Both the position numbers and the translations under genes were made by a program. From assembly GCA_025201805.1 (NCBI GenBank), contig MU619243.1, positions 62,001-126,000 on the forward strand: a stretch of DNA of 64,000 nucleotides. The letters are read 5' to 3'. How positions within the stretch are numbered: position 1 is the stretch's first letter; the number at the start of each line of letters is the position of its first letter. The stretch comes from Parasitella parasitica NRRL 2501 (taxonomy: Eukaryota > Fungi > Mucoromycota). The notes under the pieces were generated by a model. It worked only from the letters and a program-made list of their open reading frames with translations. It was not told the DNA's origin and did not search any database. Below are positions 25,218-40,029 of this stretch, piece after piece.

Positions 25218-26394
25218 TCAGTGACCAAGTAATGGTGTTCTTTCACCTAATCTGTTTGCCCAAGAGCTAAGTCTTCTATTGAAACGATCTAGCCAATTGG
25301 GAATCAAGGTTCGTGCTACTGCGCTAATAAGAATACCAACAACAATAAGTGAAGTAGTATGCGGAACTTCAGTCAGAAAGACGGCTGCACCCAGGAGGAT
25401 CCTAAAAAAACAACAGAAAATAAGGAACGATCAGTATTTTATTGGCCAAGACCAGGTGAGTAATAATGATAGTGGATGGAACTTGGGAGGTTGAAGGTAA
25501 ACCTGAGAAAGCACACTCCTCCTTCAACTCTTTTGTCGCCACGCTCATCATTATATACACTTACCATCCTGTAGTCAAAGCATAAACCCAATCTTTTCTA
25601 TGCGAGTAATCCACCAAATGAAGAGCAACAAAGCCAATAGCAATGATAATCAATGAAAGTACCTGTGTATATGTAAGTAATCATTACATCAGAGGGTCAA
25701 GCAATACCTACAATATCATTGTGCTTGGTTTGATCGCTGAATTGGAAAACTTGCCAGAGAACAATAAAGAAGGAATAAGCAGTATAGATTGAAAATGGTG
25801 CATTCACGAATGCGTGATCTGTACCGTTACGAGGAGGATAATCACGCAAACGATGATAAATGAACACCAAGGTTGCTAATTGCCAGAGGAGACCAACAAA
25901 TGCAAATATACTGAGATGAAAGAACTACACATTGTTAAAACATTGGTTACTATTGAATATTTTCTGAAGATTGTATATGTACCCATAAAAATGCGACTGA
26001 GCTATTAAGAAGAGCGACCAAGAGATACCAATATCCGATCGATTCAAACACATCTATACACACACACGCACACATGGGAATATTTTAAAACGGATTTAAA
26101 GTTATCTTATCATACTTGAAATACCTTTGGGAGCACTGGGAAGATATTGATAAATTGTGAATCCAATCAGTAATAATTGCAGGATACCAGTCAAAATGAT
26201 GATAAAGTCCTTTGGACCAAATTCATAAGAGTGACCCAGAAACCTAGTTTTAAGTTACGTTAAAACATACCAGTTAGTTAAAATAAGCAGCGCAAGCGGA
26301 ATTACCAGCCAGAATAACTAAACCCTTGAGATCCCACTAATAAAAGTGTGGCGATCGTGTTTGCAAGTTTGATTTTTATGTCAAGATTTGCCAT
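25218..26394 (-). CDS. Fungal multi-pass membrane protein (DUF1774-like); many short exons
   Basis: ATG at 26394 (MANLDIKIKLANTIATLLLVG). Hydrophobic exons include AFVNAPFSIYTAYSFFIVLWQVF and DWVYALTT. Ends GERTPLLGH-stop. Confidence 0.7.
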
Positions 26395-27734
26395 TTCTTG
26401 TGTAAATGGTAGAATAGAGGAGAAAAAAGAAACGGAAAATCTTGAAACGGAAAAGTTTTTAATCGTCTGACAAGACGGAAATACGAACAGTAGGCTTAAA
26501 ATTGAAATCAAGATTTATGCGATGCGATAAACTCGAGATTAATGTGTTTATGGTAATTCTTCTACGGTTCACGTACTGGTTACACTCTCAACACACAACG
26601 CCAAATGATGACTTAACTGTATTAATATATATATAGCGTACATATAATGAACTTTTCATTAAAAAACACTCTTGAACCAAACCAACGGCACTCTGTTTGG
26701 CAAACAGAGCGTCAATCTGACTCCAACTCCACTACAAACAAGCAAATTAAGAATTGACAGCATGTGCGCCACTTGACTGGAATACTGGAATTACTAGTTA
26801 TATACATTTGCCAACTAATTAAAAATTACAGAAAAAGAAGCAAAGCAAGACCCTTTGTACCCTGGATCAGAACATCCGAGAAAAGTCAAAATTGTAGAAA
26901 TTTACACAAAATGATTACCTCAGTATTAACATGTATGAAACAGCTATTTGGTTTTTATTCGTTATCTTCCATCTCAACTGCCTTGAAAATACTCAACAAT
27001 GAGAGTGAGTATAACAAGAGCATCAAGTTAGTCTTAATGTAGCGCTTGATCGATAGACTCAAACTGCAACAATTCAATTTGTATAGGGTTGGGGAATTAT
27101 AAATGCAATATTAGGAATCGACTCTTTTAACTTTTTTGCTGTCGCAAGGATCTGGTGACGGAAACGTAAAAATTCGCTGGATTCGTCAGTTACAACTGTT
27201 GAAGATGTGGATGACTCTACTGATATGTCCTGAACGGCCATTTTAGGGCGGCCAAGACTCATAGAAGCTGGCGCCACTGGCTGAACTGGTTAATCTATAT
27301 TTGTTCTACTTCATCATCAATGGCAATAAAGTGTCTTTTGCGACCATTCAGAGCGGATAAAATTTTAATAAAATAAAATTTTAATAGATTTCAGGGCTCT
27401 AATAATAAACGACACTTCCGATTTGGGTCGGATGTCACTCAGGACAAAGACTCCTTTACTCAATCATCGGCATCATTCACTCATCCATGATGTATTCTTT
27501 GTACTGTAGATATATATAGTCATCGCGGAAATTTCGAAAGCTCCATATGCTGGTGTACCTCTTTCAGCCTATTTTGTACAGTAGCACCTGTCCGGACATC
27601 AATAAATCCCACCTTTAGATTGTATACTGGTAAAATTTGACTCTCAAGGGCGGAGCAATCAATAAAGAAGCAGGATTTAATTTAATTTCTCGAATTCTAA
27701 AAGGGAGAGCCTTTCTTTCCCTTATTCAACATTC

Positions 27735-28365
27735 ATGTCGACTTCATTTAGATTACCTTATGGATATAGAGATGCGCCTGCTTGGCCTTCATTGTACTGG
27801 CCATTTGGATCAGACTTTGATCCTCTCAATCTAATAGCGGATATACCACATTCGCTATATTATCTTCACGGTTAGTTTATATACAATCATGCATGGAGGA
27901 TATAAAGAAAGAGGTCTCGGGAATGACACTTTACGATTGATAGACATTTGGCGATTCACCATGATCTGGTCACTGCTATTCTCTCTTGTCATCTACTTAC
28001 CAGCAGGTAAATTTGATAAATACAACTATATCAATATTGTTCACTCACACGAAATACAGGAATTTGGGCATTCATTATGCTAGCAAGATCCCGCACATTG
28101 AAATGGTATGTTTTGATTACGATACCCTTTATATTTGTTTTGGGAGGATCTATTGCGTCGTTTGTCATTGGAAGTATTATGGGTAAGGGTTAAAAAGGAA
28201 TTTTTCATACGCTCCAAAATTAATATAGTGGAAGGTGTGGCTCTTGCTTTTGTATATAATTCGGGTTTCTTTGTCATGTCTACTTGGATCCCATTCCTGT
28301 GGGCTCTAATCCATATCTTGGTAGTTGTCGTAGGCTCATACTCGACCATTACAGCTATTTTATAG
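27735..28365 (+). CDS. TMEM170-family (Tmemb_170) membrane protein; 4 exons
   Basis: PAWPSLYWP...LYYLH/DIWRFTMIWSLLF.../GIWAF.../GVALAFVYNSGFFVMSTWIPFLWALIHIL. Confidence 0.85.
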
Positions 28366-28727
28366 ATGATACCTTTTTCGTATTCAAATTATACCCTCAC
28401 TCCTTTTTCAATAGTCATGTTATCTGTGATCCATCTTGCAACAAGCATCAATAATTAAACAGGGTTGGCTGACCGTTCATTAAGAAAAAATTTATATAAA
28501 AGGTTGGACGCCTGCATAAGTTCCAGCCACTGCTCAAGTGTCTTGACTATCCACATTCTTCAGAAACTAATGACAGTTTTCAAAAATGGACATTTACAAT
28601 TAAGCGTTTGCACCGCATTTCGTTCGGAATACAAACTCCAAATGAGGACCCCCATCAATTATTGTACCCCTTCCTAAACAAAAACATTTTCACCATTTTT
28701 GTTTCTTTTCTGTCAAAGCACTTTATA

Positions 28728-30080
28728 ATGAACAGAACATGTGTATCAGTTAAAGGATTTCTATGCACCAGAGCCAATGCACCTGTGTTTTCTAAATACA
28801 TCAGTATCGACCGTCGTCAAGTACACGGCGGAGTCATGGATCCCTTGCAGTTGCGTTCAGCTCGTTACCCCGTTGAATTCCAAGAAAAGCTTCTAGCTGC
28901 TATTCGTAAAAGAAGCCCACCAGCTGTGTGGAAAGCCTACATGGAGATAAGCGACAGCAATCAACTCGGCAAGCTTCCTGCCGAATACCACACCATGACA
29001 TTGCAGACGTTCCAAATCAAGAACCTGGGCTCCTACAACCACGATGAAGTGAAATATTATCGCCAGTGTCTGATGCATGTGATGGAGACAATGAAGATGT
29101 ACAAGATCCAACCAGACATCCGTGATTACAACTTGATGCTCGACTTTTACGGACGCTCCAAAGACTTTGAGTTAGCCACTAAATGCTTCAACGAGATACC
29201 CCAGCCAAACGAGTACAGCTACAATTTGTACATTCGCGCCGCTTTCCAGACTAAAAGCTACGAGAACGTATTCAAAATTATTGCAGACATGAAGGATAAA
29301 GTTGGTTTAAACGAGTTTACGTACAACACGCTGATTGAAGTGAACGGCCGTATGGGTAACATCAACGAAGCCGATAAAGTGTTCTACGACCATTTTACAC
29401 CCAAAGTCGAAAGAAATTCGCTCATCTCCAGCCTCCTCAAGACAAAGCAATCAATGTTTCCGTCCTACATGTCAGCTGCTGCTCCGCTTGCCCGCAGTAT
29501 TCCTCATCCACAAACGACGGATGTATTGAAGCCATCAATAGAGACGTTCAATGCGCTGATCTCTGCTCATGGCTTCAACAAGAACACGTTGGGATTGCAC
29601 CATATCCATTCGAAAATGATGCCTGAATACGGCATTAAACCTAATTTAAAGATCTTCAATTCATTGATTGAATGGTATTGCCACAGTGACGACATTAATT
29701 CTGCTAGAAAGATATTTATCAGTATGGAAGCTGCTGGTATCAAGCCAAACGTGGTTACATTTAATCATCTTTTCCGTCATGAAGCATTAAAGAGAAATCG
29801 CCCAAAAGTTGCAGAGAATTTGATGGACTATATGAAGAAGGAATACGGCATTAGACCTCTTTTGACAATGTATAGAACCTTGATTAGAATTCACAACAAA
29901 CGCAACCGTGAGGACGAAGCAAAGAGGCTGGTTACAGAGTATGCTGCTTTCAAGGCAAATGCTCTTTCAAGAAGAGCTAAAACCGCTCCGGCTTTCACAA
30001 AACCAACCTCCACCGCTGCCAGTATCCCTATTTCTGCGCCGTCTGATCCTACCACCCTCGCAGCGACCGCTACTGAATAG
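28728..30080 (+). CDS. Mitochondrial pentatricopeptide-repeat (PPR) protein
   Basis: Intronless. Repeated PPR motifs ([49 protein letters not shown]). Basic presequence from the ATG at 28728. Confidence 0.9.
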   Translation: MNRTCVSVKGFLCTRANAPVFSKYISIDRRQVHGGVMDPLQLRSARYPVEFQEKLLAAIRKRSPPAVWKAYMEISDSNQLGKLPAEYHTMTLQTFQIKNLGSYNHDEVKYYRQCLMHVMETMKMYKIQPDIRDYNLMLDFYGRSKDFELATKCFNEIPQPNEYSYNLYIRAAFQTKSYENVFKIIADMKDKVGLNEFTYNTLIEVNGRMGNINEADKVFYDHFTPKVERNSLISSLLKTKQSMFPSYMSAAAPLARSIPHPQTTDVLKPSIETFNALISAHGFNKNTLGLHHIHSKMMPEYGIKPNLKIFNSLIEWYCHSDDINSARKIFISMEAAGIKPNVVTFNHLFRHEALKRNRPKVAENLMDYMKKEYGIRPLLTMYRTLIRIHNKRNREDEAKRLVTEYAAFKANALSRRAKTAPAFTKPTSTAASIPISAPSDPTTLAATATE

Positions 30081-31118
30081 ACTCACTCACTGCTATCAAT
30101 TATAGAACCCATCCACGTTTTGTTGTATTAAAAAAAAAAAGAAAAGAAAGGCATCCCAATAGAAAGATCATTGCAGACATGTATCTTATTTTTTTTTTGT
30201 TTTTTTTTCTTTTGGTTAACCACTTGATCCCTACTTCAAAACAAACAATCCAGACGTATCTTAATATACAACTACATTTTCTCTACAGACTCTCTCTTTT
30301 CGCATGAAATAAAAATGTATATATATATCAAAACATCTACAACAAGCATGGATAATTTGTGCACTGCGGGCTTTTAGAAAACAGATCCTTTTTAGCAGTT
30401 TTTGGACACCCAAAAACAGGGTTTCAAATATTATTGCGAAAACGCACATCGACAATCATCTTTCATACTATATATTCTAATACCTAATTTATTCCTCTAT
30501 CAAGTAAAGTTATTCGTATTAAAATCGACCGCTTACCAAACGAGATATTCCCTAAAAAGGTTAATGTCGTAATAGAAAAAATCTGGATCAAATAGATTTG
30601 TCAAATTTTTGCTTGTATTGCTTTGTGTAAATAGGTCCCTAGAGAACTATCAAGAGGCGGGTGCAATTGAGAAATTAAATATGGAAGTCAGTGAAAGATC
30701 TAAATATGAAAATGGACAGTGTTTAAAAATAGAGGCAAGGATTATAGCTGGTTATGTATTTTTACTTCGTCATGCATTTGAAGTAATTCTTCTTTGATTT
30801 GTTTGACTACCCTAGACAAAAACGTCGAAATTTTACTAATCCCCAAAGTGACCCAGAATAATAAAACAATGTTTAGGAAGAATAGTAGGCCTTGTTTCGA
30901 GTGATTTCAAGCTTTCATTTTGCTTGTAATAAGCAAAAAAGTGAACATCTGGAGAGACAAGCCATTGCAATGATTGCATGAAGCTCGTGGCGGTAAGGAT
31001 TCCTCTACAAAGACTGCTTTTCATTACAGTTTTCTGCATTCAAACCGTCATATATAAAAAAAAAAAATGGTAAAAGCAATTTGAACTGTTGTTTTCTCAG
31101 TAGAAGAAAGTATTGATA

Positions 31119-34100
31119 ATGAAGGACAATGCTATTCCTCTCGAGTTGAATACAGGCCAAGGTGCTAATAGGTTCAAGGTAAGGAAAATTACTGTGAGGA
31201 ATCTGTCAAAGCTTCAACGACGATTATGTAGTACCAAAATTTCAAAACAAGAGTTGAACTCCTCAAGGTCGATGTCGTCCGTAGATCAAGAGTGGTTGAT
31301 GACGAACCCGACGAACATGGCTCCTTCTTTTACGAGGCATTAATGGAATGGAAAGACTTGAATATGACCAGAAACTTTAAAGATTTTGCCCGAGAAATAA
31401 CACCACTTGTCAAATCATTACCTTCAATCATTTATCACAAAGATACTATTGTCAGCATTCTCGAAAAGCACCTTTTAGTCAAAGATAGTATGGCATTGGA
31501 TGGGCTGTTAGAGTAGGTTTTAAGAAAGTGAATCAATTGAGATGTTGAAAGTAACCAATTGTTTGTATCTTCAGCTTGGTCACTAAGCTTGCTAAGGATT
31601 TGGAAGGTGAATTTTATCCTTACTATCCCCGCATGCTTTCCTGTGTGTTGCCGTTAGTATATCATCAAGACATCAAACTTTTGGAGGTAAAATTAAACTT
31701 ACCACAGCATTCAACATATCCGTCGACTAACATCGAGCCGTAGAGTGTATTCAATTGCATCGCATATCTCTTTAAATTTCTCTCCAGACAGATTCTCCCA
31801 GATTTGGATCAAACATTCCAGTAAGTTGGGGGGGGGGAGTTTTTTTGACATAACAATATTCTTATTTTGCATCATTTGTAGTTTGTTGACCAAACTATTG
31901 GGTGAGGATAATCAAGCAAAGCCTTATATTCGACATTTCACAGCTGAAGCGTTTGCTTTTCTGCTGCGCAAGGCTCGAGGAACTGATTTAACAAAGATCA
32001 TTAAATGCATCATTGACGCCCTGAAAGCAGAGCCAGCGCCACAATTCGAGGAAGGTCTGGCCATGTTGTTTTTCGAGTCTATCAAGGTAAGTTTCAGCCC
32101 GCTTGTCTATGCCTCGTCGACATTAACCAGGCCATTGTGCAACAGCAAATCGACCACCGCATTCACTCCCGAGGCGAAGCTATATACAAGGAGTTATTAG
32201 TTCAATCGTGCAGCCAAGGCATTGCAGCTGATGACATAGAAAAAAGCCCAGTTCACAGCCTGTTGACGAAAACAACGCTGCTCACACTTCACCACACCTA
32301 CAGGCAACACTTTACACCCATAATCCAGATTGTTTTAAATGAATTAGAACGACAAACGAAGAAAATGGACGAAAACGTGATTGCTATTCCAGTGTCGCTT
32401 TTAACAATGATTGTCACTGTCCGCAAAGGGAGCCGTGTAGAGGACTTTAAGCCTATCATTGCTGCCATCCAGGACTTGGCAAAGCTTATTTTCAGCTCCA
32501 AAGCAGACACATATTCCAATTATTTGTATACTCAAGTGCTTTGCTCTGTTGTGGGCGCCCTGAGCCATGGATCTTTGGAAGCAGCAGCCAGTGGCGGTCG
32601 AGTCATCTTGGATACGCTCGACTCCTTTGACGATATCGAACTTATTTATGGCTTTTATCTTTCTTTAGCCAAACTAAAGTGGTCCAACTACACTCAAATC
32701 TGTTTACCGCACATCATAAAGTACAGCTCTACGCATTTCAGTAAGTATCCGTACGAGACCATCCTATTCTTGTCCGAGGTGCTCTCCACAGATGCACTTG
32801 CCTTGAACCCGGGCACTTTATCGTCTTCTCTTACTCCAGAAGGACTTTTGCGATTCCCCAATGTGGCCTCCAATGGTGGGAAGACCATCGTGGAAGGCAT
32901 ATTGGACTTGTTGGGCAAGGATTACGATTGGAAGACAGAAAGAGACAGATTAAATGCTACAGATATGAAGGTAAGAGGAGCCCTGCGTATATGTGTGGGT
33001 TTATTTACCAAACGTTTTTACCAGGCTGAAGAATCGACCATGTCTGCTATCACCATTCTGGCTTCTGCTCTTCGCTTGCTGCCTAAAGTCCATGTTTCTG
33101 TCGACAAAGTCTTTACCGTCAGCATGTCATTATTCGTCTCCCTTTCAGACTTTTTGAAAAAGAACGCCGGCAATAACGATTTGATAGAGACACCGTTTGT
33201 ATTAGCACACGAAAATTTCGTGCTGGAAACCTTGATGGGTCTTGTTCTTGAATCACTGGCTGGTATTGCCGCTAACAATGCAGCTGTGTTTAAGGAAATG
33301 AAGAATATCCATGGTAAGCTTGTGGACGAGGTTTTGGTGCAGCACTCTCGTAATGAGGTTGTTCTCTCTGGCATTTACCGCTATTTGGATTTGTTACATT
33401 CTGGGTATGCGTGTTTTTACTATTAGAATAAGGGGGGGCAACGCTTACTGATTTCCTCCATGTCAATAGAAATGCAGATAAGGAAAAGTTCTCACTGCAA
33501 AAGCTCGAAAAGCTCTACCCAGTCCTCAAGCTCAACTTGAGCTCTTACAGACGCAACTGTCGATTGAACACACTCAAGATTATCGCGCTGTTTGACCAAC
33601 CCATAATGAAAACAGATCAAGACCACAAGCTGCCGGAAGTGTCTGATATTGCTAGAATTGCACTCAACATGGAACAAGTCGATGCCAGTTTCAAAGATTA
33701 CCGCGATAAGGTTGTGCTTATTCAGAAGCTCAACTTGATCACCAGTAGCAAACGCACGCCCGACTTGTATGTTGAATTCGCTCCTCGATTAAGTTTGGGC
33801 ATCCTCACTGTCAATTTGCGTCCTCTGTGGGACGAAGCAAAGAAACTGCTTGTTACATTCTCTCAGGTCAATGCTGAATTGTATTGGGATTTGATGTATG
33901 GAGAGATTCTTAAATACAATGATGAAAAGAGCCTCGTGTGGGATGGATTTGCAAGAGACGTCTTGACCAAACTAAATTCGCCCGATGAACCAGAAAACAC
34001 CAACGCTACCAAGACTGGCAAGATTTCTTTTGAGTGCCCTACTTTAAATACCTTTACCCACATGGAGCATAGAGCTTGGAGCATTATAAAGACCGAGAAG

Positions 34101-37100
34101 GCGCAAAGCCTGGCCCTGTTGTTTGCTGGATTGAGCCAACAAGCGCAAGGTCATATGGATTTTTGGAATTACTACACTCTGATGCTGCTCACACTGAAGG
34201 AAACGCCCACCATCACTGAAGCCAGAGGCCGTAATTTGGTCGTGCTGTTTTTCCACTTTTTGGAAACTGAATTTACATCTGCTCCTGAAGACGAAGACGA
34301 AGACAATGAGGCAGATGAAGACAAGGATAGAGGTGATACAACACATTCGGGGCACCTCGAAATACTACCAAGAAACAGTAAAATCATAAAGAACAAAATG
34401 GCAAATTGGCTGGCTTTGTTTGCAGTATTCAAAAACACAAGGGCTGTATATAAATCACATGAACTGAATGCTGCTTTCATGCGCATCATTGCTATGGGTG
34501 ACGCCAAACTTCAGCTTGCTGCCATGGAGTGCCTCTTTACGTGGAAGGATCCCAACATTAAACCATACGCCGACAATCTGCGCAATTTGGTCGACGATAT
34601 CAAATTCCGCGATGAGCTTACCACATTTATTCAAAACGAAGAACAGGTTCTGATTGATCCTGCTCACCGACAAGGCTTAATGCCTGTTGTGATGCGTGTC
34701 TTGTATGGTCGTCTTATCCAGCGAAGCAAAGCATCCAGCAAGAGCAGCAAAAATGCACGAAGAAAGATCATCCTCGGCGGTATCTCATGCTGTAAGCCTG
34801 AAGAGATCAGAATCTTTATTGATCTCGCATTGGAACCGTTCAAGCCCATCTTGGAGCTGTCAGGCGTGGAAACTGATCAAGAGGGTAACGTCACGTCATT
34901 CGATTTCGCTCCTGAAGGCTATCATCTCATCGAGCAGATTGCTTGGAGAAAGCAGACTGGTCTTTTGAATATGATGGAAGATACCATCAAGCAATTCGCT
35001 ACACACATCTTGCCGTTCCTCCCTGACCTACTGAAGGTCCTTTTGTACATGATCAACTTTGCTCACGGCCGCAAGGCTAAGCACGATGAAGATGCTATGC
35101 AAGTAGATGAAGAGGCAGGCTCAGAACAGAGTAACAAGTCGAAGCAGGTAAAGGCTTTGGCTTTGAAGCGTATCGTAGACGTTTTCAAGATCAACGGCGA
35201 TTTCAACTTTACCCCGTTTATTCCTTGTCTGTTTTCCGCGTTTATTTCTGCCCGCCTTCCTACGTTGCCTACTGATGCCTCTCAGGATTTATCAACATTG
35301 GTCAATCTCTTCTTGGTCTGGTCCAAAAAGAGCACATACGCCCCTTATTTAGTCGATTACGATGACCGTGTCATTCCCCAGATTGTTGCGACGTTGTCTG
35401 TCAAGAGCTTAAGCGAACATGTACTGAATATATTGCTGGAAATCTTCGAGTCTCTCTTGAGCCTCTGTGATGATGAAATGGACATTGACGGCGAACACTC
35501 GTTGAAAGAAAAGCTAATCATCCCTCATGTTGATCTTATTTTGAACCATCTCAGGTTCCGTCTTACACAATCTAAAGACGACAAAAAGTTCAGCAGTGGA
35601 CGTTACTCTGTGCGCGAGATCTCCATCACTGCTCGTGTTGCTCCTTATACCAAGAATGGCGAGCAAGCGGCTACTATTATTGAGCTGTTGTTGCCCAGTC
35701 TGAAGAAGCCTTCTCGTACGATTCCCGAGAAAACCAAGCAGGATATTTTTACTATTTGGGCCAAATTTATCCGTATCGTCCCCGGGTTTGAAGCTGGTTC
35801 TCCACTTTATCATCACTACTATGTGATGGCTTCGTCCATTTTTGCCACTGCTTATTCTCGCGAGAGTCGTGTGGGCCTATTGGAGGTTTTCCATGCTTTT
35901 GCTATAGTGAATCCTGAACTTGCCAAAGTAGATGAGCTTTTGACCATGCTAAATGCGTATTCTCAAAAACGTATCGATGAACCCGACTACGATGCCATGC
36001 TGGATGCTTTGAGCGCCATAGGTGAAACCTATTATGACAAGTTTACTGTTCATCAATGGCTACCTATCTTGCATCAAATGTTCCACTGCATGCACAATGT
36101 CGAAGAAATGGCTATCCGTGGTACAGCCACGCATTGTATGTCTCAATATCTCAAGGCCACAGCGGAGCAAACTGACGAAGAAGAGAAACGCAAAATGCTT
36201 GGCTACGTGAACCATGTAGTGTACCCTGCCATAAAGCGTGGCCTCCGTTCTCGTGTCGAGCTTGTTCGTATGGAGTTTGTTAGCTTGTTGTGCGCCTGTA
36301 TCAAGAGGTTTCCTGAGTTGCCCATTTTCGAAGACATGGTTCCCTTGCTGGGCGATGGCAATGAGGAAGTCAATTTCTTCAACAACGTTTATCATATGCA
36401 GATCCATCGTCGTGTGCGTGCATTGCTTCGTCTTTCAGAATTTGTTGAAACTGGCAAATTAAAGGTTGCAACAATCAACAGCATCTTTATTCCCATCATT
36501 TCTGCGTTTTTCAAGGAAAGCGATCGTACAGTTGACCACAACTTGCTCCATCAGTGTACCTTGGCGCTCTCTTCTCTGGCCAAAGTGCTCCCCTGGAACC
36601 ATTATTACCGTCTGCTCCAAAACTACCTGGGCTATATCAAGGAGAACGACGAAAAGGAGAGACTCTTTGTTCGTGTGGTCATTGGCATTCTTGATGCTTT
36701 CCATTTCGATCTGCAAAATATTGAATTATCTGACGAAATCGTAAAGAAGATTATGGGCCGCCAGAAGGTCAGAATTGACTATCTTACCAACGAAGAAATC
36801 ATGAAGCAAGCTGCCAAAGATGCTGGCAAAGTGCCCGAGGAAGATGTCAAGAACGCTGAGCATGATGACGACGAAGATCAAGAACAAGTCGAAGCAGCTG
36901 ACACCGAGACTGAAGCAAAGGACAAGAACGAAAAAATCCATGACATCCTTGTTTCAAAAGTCATGCCTGAACTCAACAATCTTCTGAACAACAACAAGAG
37001 CAGAAGGTCTGTCATTGTGCGTGTTCCGCTTGCTCTTGGTATTGCTAAGCTCTTGTGCCATCTCCCTGAAAAGTCAAAGCGTGTCAACTTGCCTGGTCTT

Positions 37101-39878
37101 TTAACATCGGTGTGCCATATTATTCGCAGCAGAGCCCAGGATGTCAGAGATATTACTCGCGAAACACTTTTCAAAATCAGTGCTTTCTTGGGCGCTTCTT
37201 ACTTTAACTATATTGTAAAAGAACTTCGTGGCGCTCTCAAGAAGGGCTATGAGCTGCATGTGTTGGGCTACACTGTCAATGCTTTGTTGCTGGATATGAT
37301 GCCTCGTTTGAAGGTGGGCGATTTAGACTACTGTTTGCGTGACCTTGTCGATGTCCTTGTCAACGACATCTTTGGAGCGACCGGCCAAGAAAAGGACGCT
37401 GATGAGATGACACGCAAGATCAAGGAAGCCAAGAGTCGTCGCAGCCCTGCGTCGTTTGAGCTCATTGCCAAAATCACTCATTTCAAGAATGTGGGTCTAC
37501 TGCTTGTGCCTCTCAAGGACATTATGTCCAATACTGAGAGCAGCCGCATACTGCGCAAGGTCGAAGACTTACTTCGCCGCATTGCGCTCGGTCTGGTCAA
37601 TAATCCTGAATTTGAATCATTGGAATTGCTTGATTTCGCCTACAATCTGATCAACGAGAATCTTGATGATTTCAAGGCTCAACCCAAGACAAAGGTCAAG
37701 AAAACACAAAAGGAACTGAACTTTGAAGTGCAAATGAAGCGTGTCATGGTTGAGTCTGTTGATCACTACCGCACAAATGCTTTCCGCTTTGTCTACTTTG
37801 GCCTCAGTTTGCTCTCGTCTGCCATCAAAAAGACCAAATTCGACTTGGCAAACGATGAATACATTTCTCGCTTGAGAAAGCTGGTCAATGCCGTCGGTAA
37901 CACGCTATACGCTAGTCAATCTGCCAACGTTGTTCTTGCTGCGCGCATCATGTGTCACTTCATCCCCATGAAGATCCCCAATATCCAGTCCGCTGTTGCC
38001 GTCTCTATTGAGCGCTCGTTTGCCCTCATCAAGTCGTCTGGCGGCTCCCAAACAACTACTGTTCAAGCATGCCTGCGACTGATAACCGTTTGTATACGAG
38101 ACAACGATAAATCGTCGTTGAGTGAAGCTCAGCTGACCTATATCCTCAATTTCGTTCGCCCCGATATGGAAGAGTTGGAAAGACAGGGCATCATCTTTGC
38201 GCTGATCCGTGCCATCATTTCGCGCAAATTCATGGCTCCAGAGATATACGAATTGATGGACTCTGTGTCAAATGTGATGGTGACAAATCAAAGCAAGGAG
38301 ATCCGTGAGCAAGCTCGCTCGGTGTTCTTTATGTTCCTGATGGATTATCCCCAAGGCAAGGGTCGTCTCAGACAGCAAATGAGCTTTATCGTCAAGAATC
38401 TAGAGTATGTCTATGAAAGCGGTCGCGAGTCTATTATGGAGCTGCTGCATCATATTATCTCCAAGTTTGGCAGCGAAATTCTAGCAGACTACATCGACTC
38501 CATCTTCTTTGCCCTGGTTATGCGTTTGATCAACGACGAATCTTCCAAATGTCGCGAAATGGCTGCATCCTTGATCAAGTCTCTGTTTTCTCGCAGCACT
38601 GAACGGTTACCCACTTTCTATAAACTTCTCAACAAGTGGCTTGAACAAAGCAGTAAGCCCAACTTGCAGAGAGCTGCATGCCAAGTGTACGGCTTGGCTA
38701 TTGATACCTTTGGAACACAATTGCGTCCTCAAGCAGCCGGTTTAGTGCAACGCCTTGCAACTATTCTCCAAGCTAGTCGTGAGCGTGCTGACGAATTAGC
38801 TCAAGAATATGATGCAAAAGAAGAACAAGAACAAGAGCAAGAGCAAGAGAGTATGGACATTGACACTCAGTGGGAGGTGACATACTATGCTATCAATACA
38901 TTTGCAAAGATCACCAAGACATTTCCCAAGATTGTCTATGACCAAGAAACTGAATCTGTGTGGCGTGGTATGCAATACATGTTGCTATACCACCATTCTT
39001 GGATCCGCTCATCTTCTGCCAGATTATACGGCGTCTACTTTTCTGGAATTGATGCTGAAAGCCGCATGATCAAGGATACCACCACAAAGTGCACCTATTT
39101 GGACAGAGAAACACTTTGCACATTGGCTGCTGACTTTTTGGAACAGCTAAAGAGCAACCATGTCACTCAAGATCAGGCAGATCAAATCGTAAAGAATTTG
39201 TTTTTCATTGGCAAATGTTTCTATTACATGCCAGACAAAGAAGACGACCATGATGCCGAGGAGATCAAGATTGATGACGCTCGTGACGAAGTTTTAGACG
39301 AAGAAAAGGGTAGCAAGGCTGCTCAAGATGCTTTAGCCAAGATTGCGCAATCTGCTCATAAACGGTCTCTCAACTGGCTATTTAGAAAAGCATCGTTCGA
39401 TGCTCGCGGTGCCGCCATAAGAAAAATCAAGAGTGCAATTATCCTGGTAAGTTGACCTCCCCACCTTCCCCAAAAAAAAATCCATTATTAATGTTCGTAT
39501 CCAAATTTTCAGCGTTCCTCCATCTTCAAACTGTTTGCTGCCATTTGCAATACAATGACAGCAGAGGAAATCCCTCCTTATTTGATGCCTGTCATCGCTC
39601 CTATTTATCGCACTGTTAATGATGAACAAAACAAGGCCGCCGGTTTTGAGGCTCTTCAGCAGCTCGGCAACGAGGTTCTCAATCTACTTCAAAATAAGGC
39701 AGGTCCTACCATCTATTTTGCCGTATATCAGCGCGTACGCCAACAAGTCATCAAGAGTAGAGAAGAACGTAAATCAAAAGATGCTATTTTAGCGATATCA
39801 AACCCTGCTCTGGCGGCAAAACGTAAGCTTGATAAGCACCAGCGATCCCAAAACAAAAAGAAGCGGGCTCGCTTTTGA
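31119..39878 (+). CDS. UTP20: U3 snoRNP/SSU processome component Utp20 (HEAT/DRIM repeat protein); ~9 exons
   Basis: N-terminal RFK/FQNFKTRV..., SFFYEALMEWKDLNMTRNF..F, KPYIRHFTAEAF, FFNNVYHMQIHRRVRAL, LKKGYELHVLGYTV, FLMDYPQGKGRL, LEYVYESGRES and C-terminal PALAAKRKLDKH. Confidence 0.96.
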
Positions 39879-40029
39879 AGGAGAAAAATTAGTCAGAAAA
39901 TGAACGCACACTGTTCAAAAATGTATAGAATAAAGAACATCATAATTAATAATTGAGAAAATGCTTGATTTACATTATGTTTAAGAACCAAGTTGGACAT
40001 AGACACACGGTTTTATATATACAAAAAAA

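Noticed and set aside
27074-27345. Short minus-strand ORF (MAPASMSLGRPK...)
   Set aside because: No homology recognised and an upstream in-frame stop is present; may be a decayed TE or gene fragment, but I cannot support a call.
31067-31103. Possible ATG-only first exon of UTP20 with a CAGTAG tandem acceptor
   Set aside because: Requires a ~34-nt intron, shorter than others in the window; the ATG at 31119 is sufficient.
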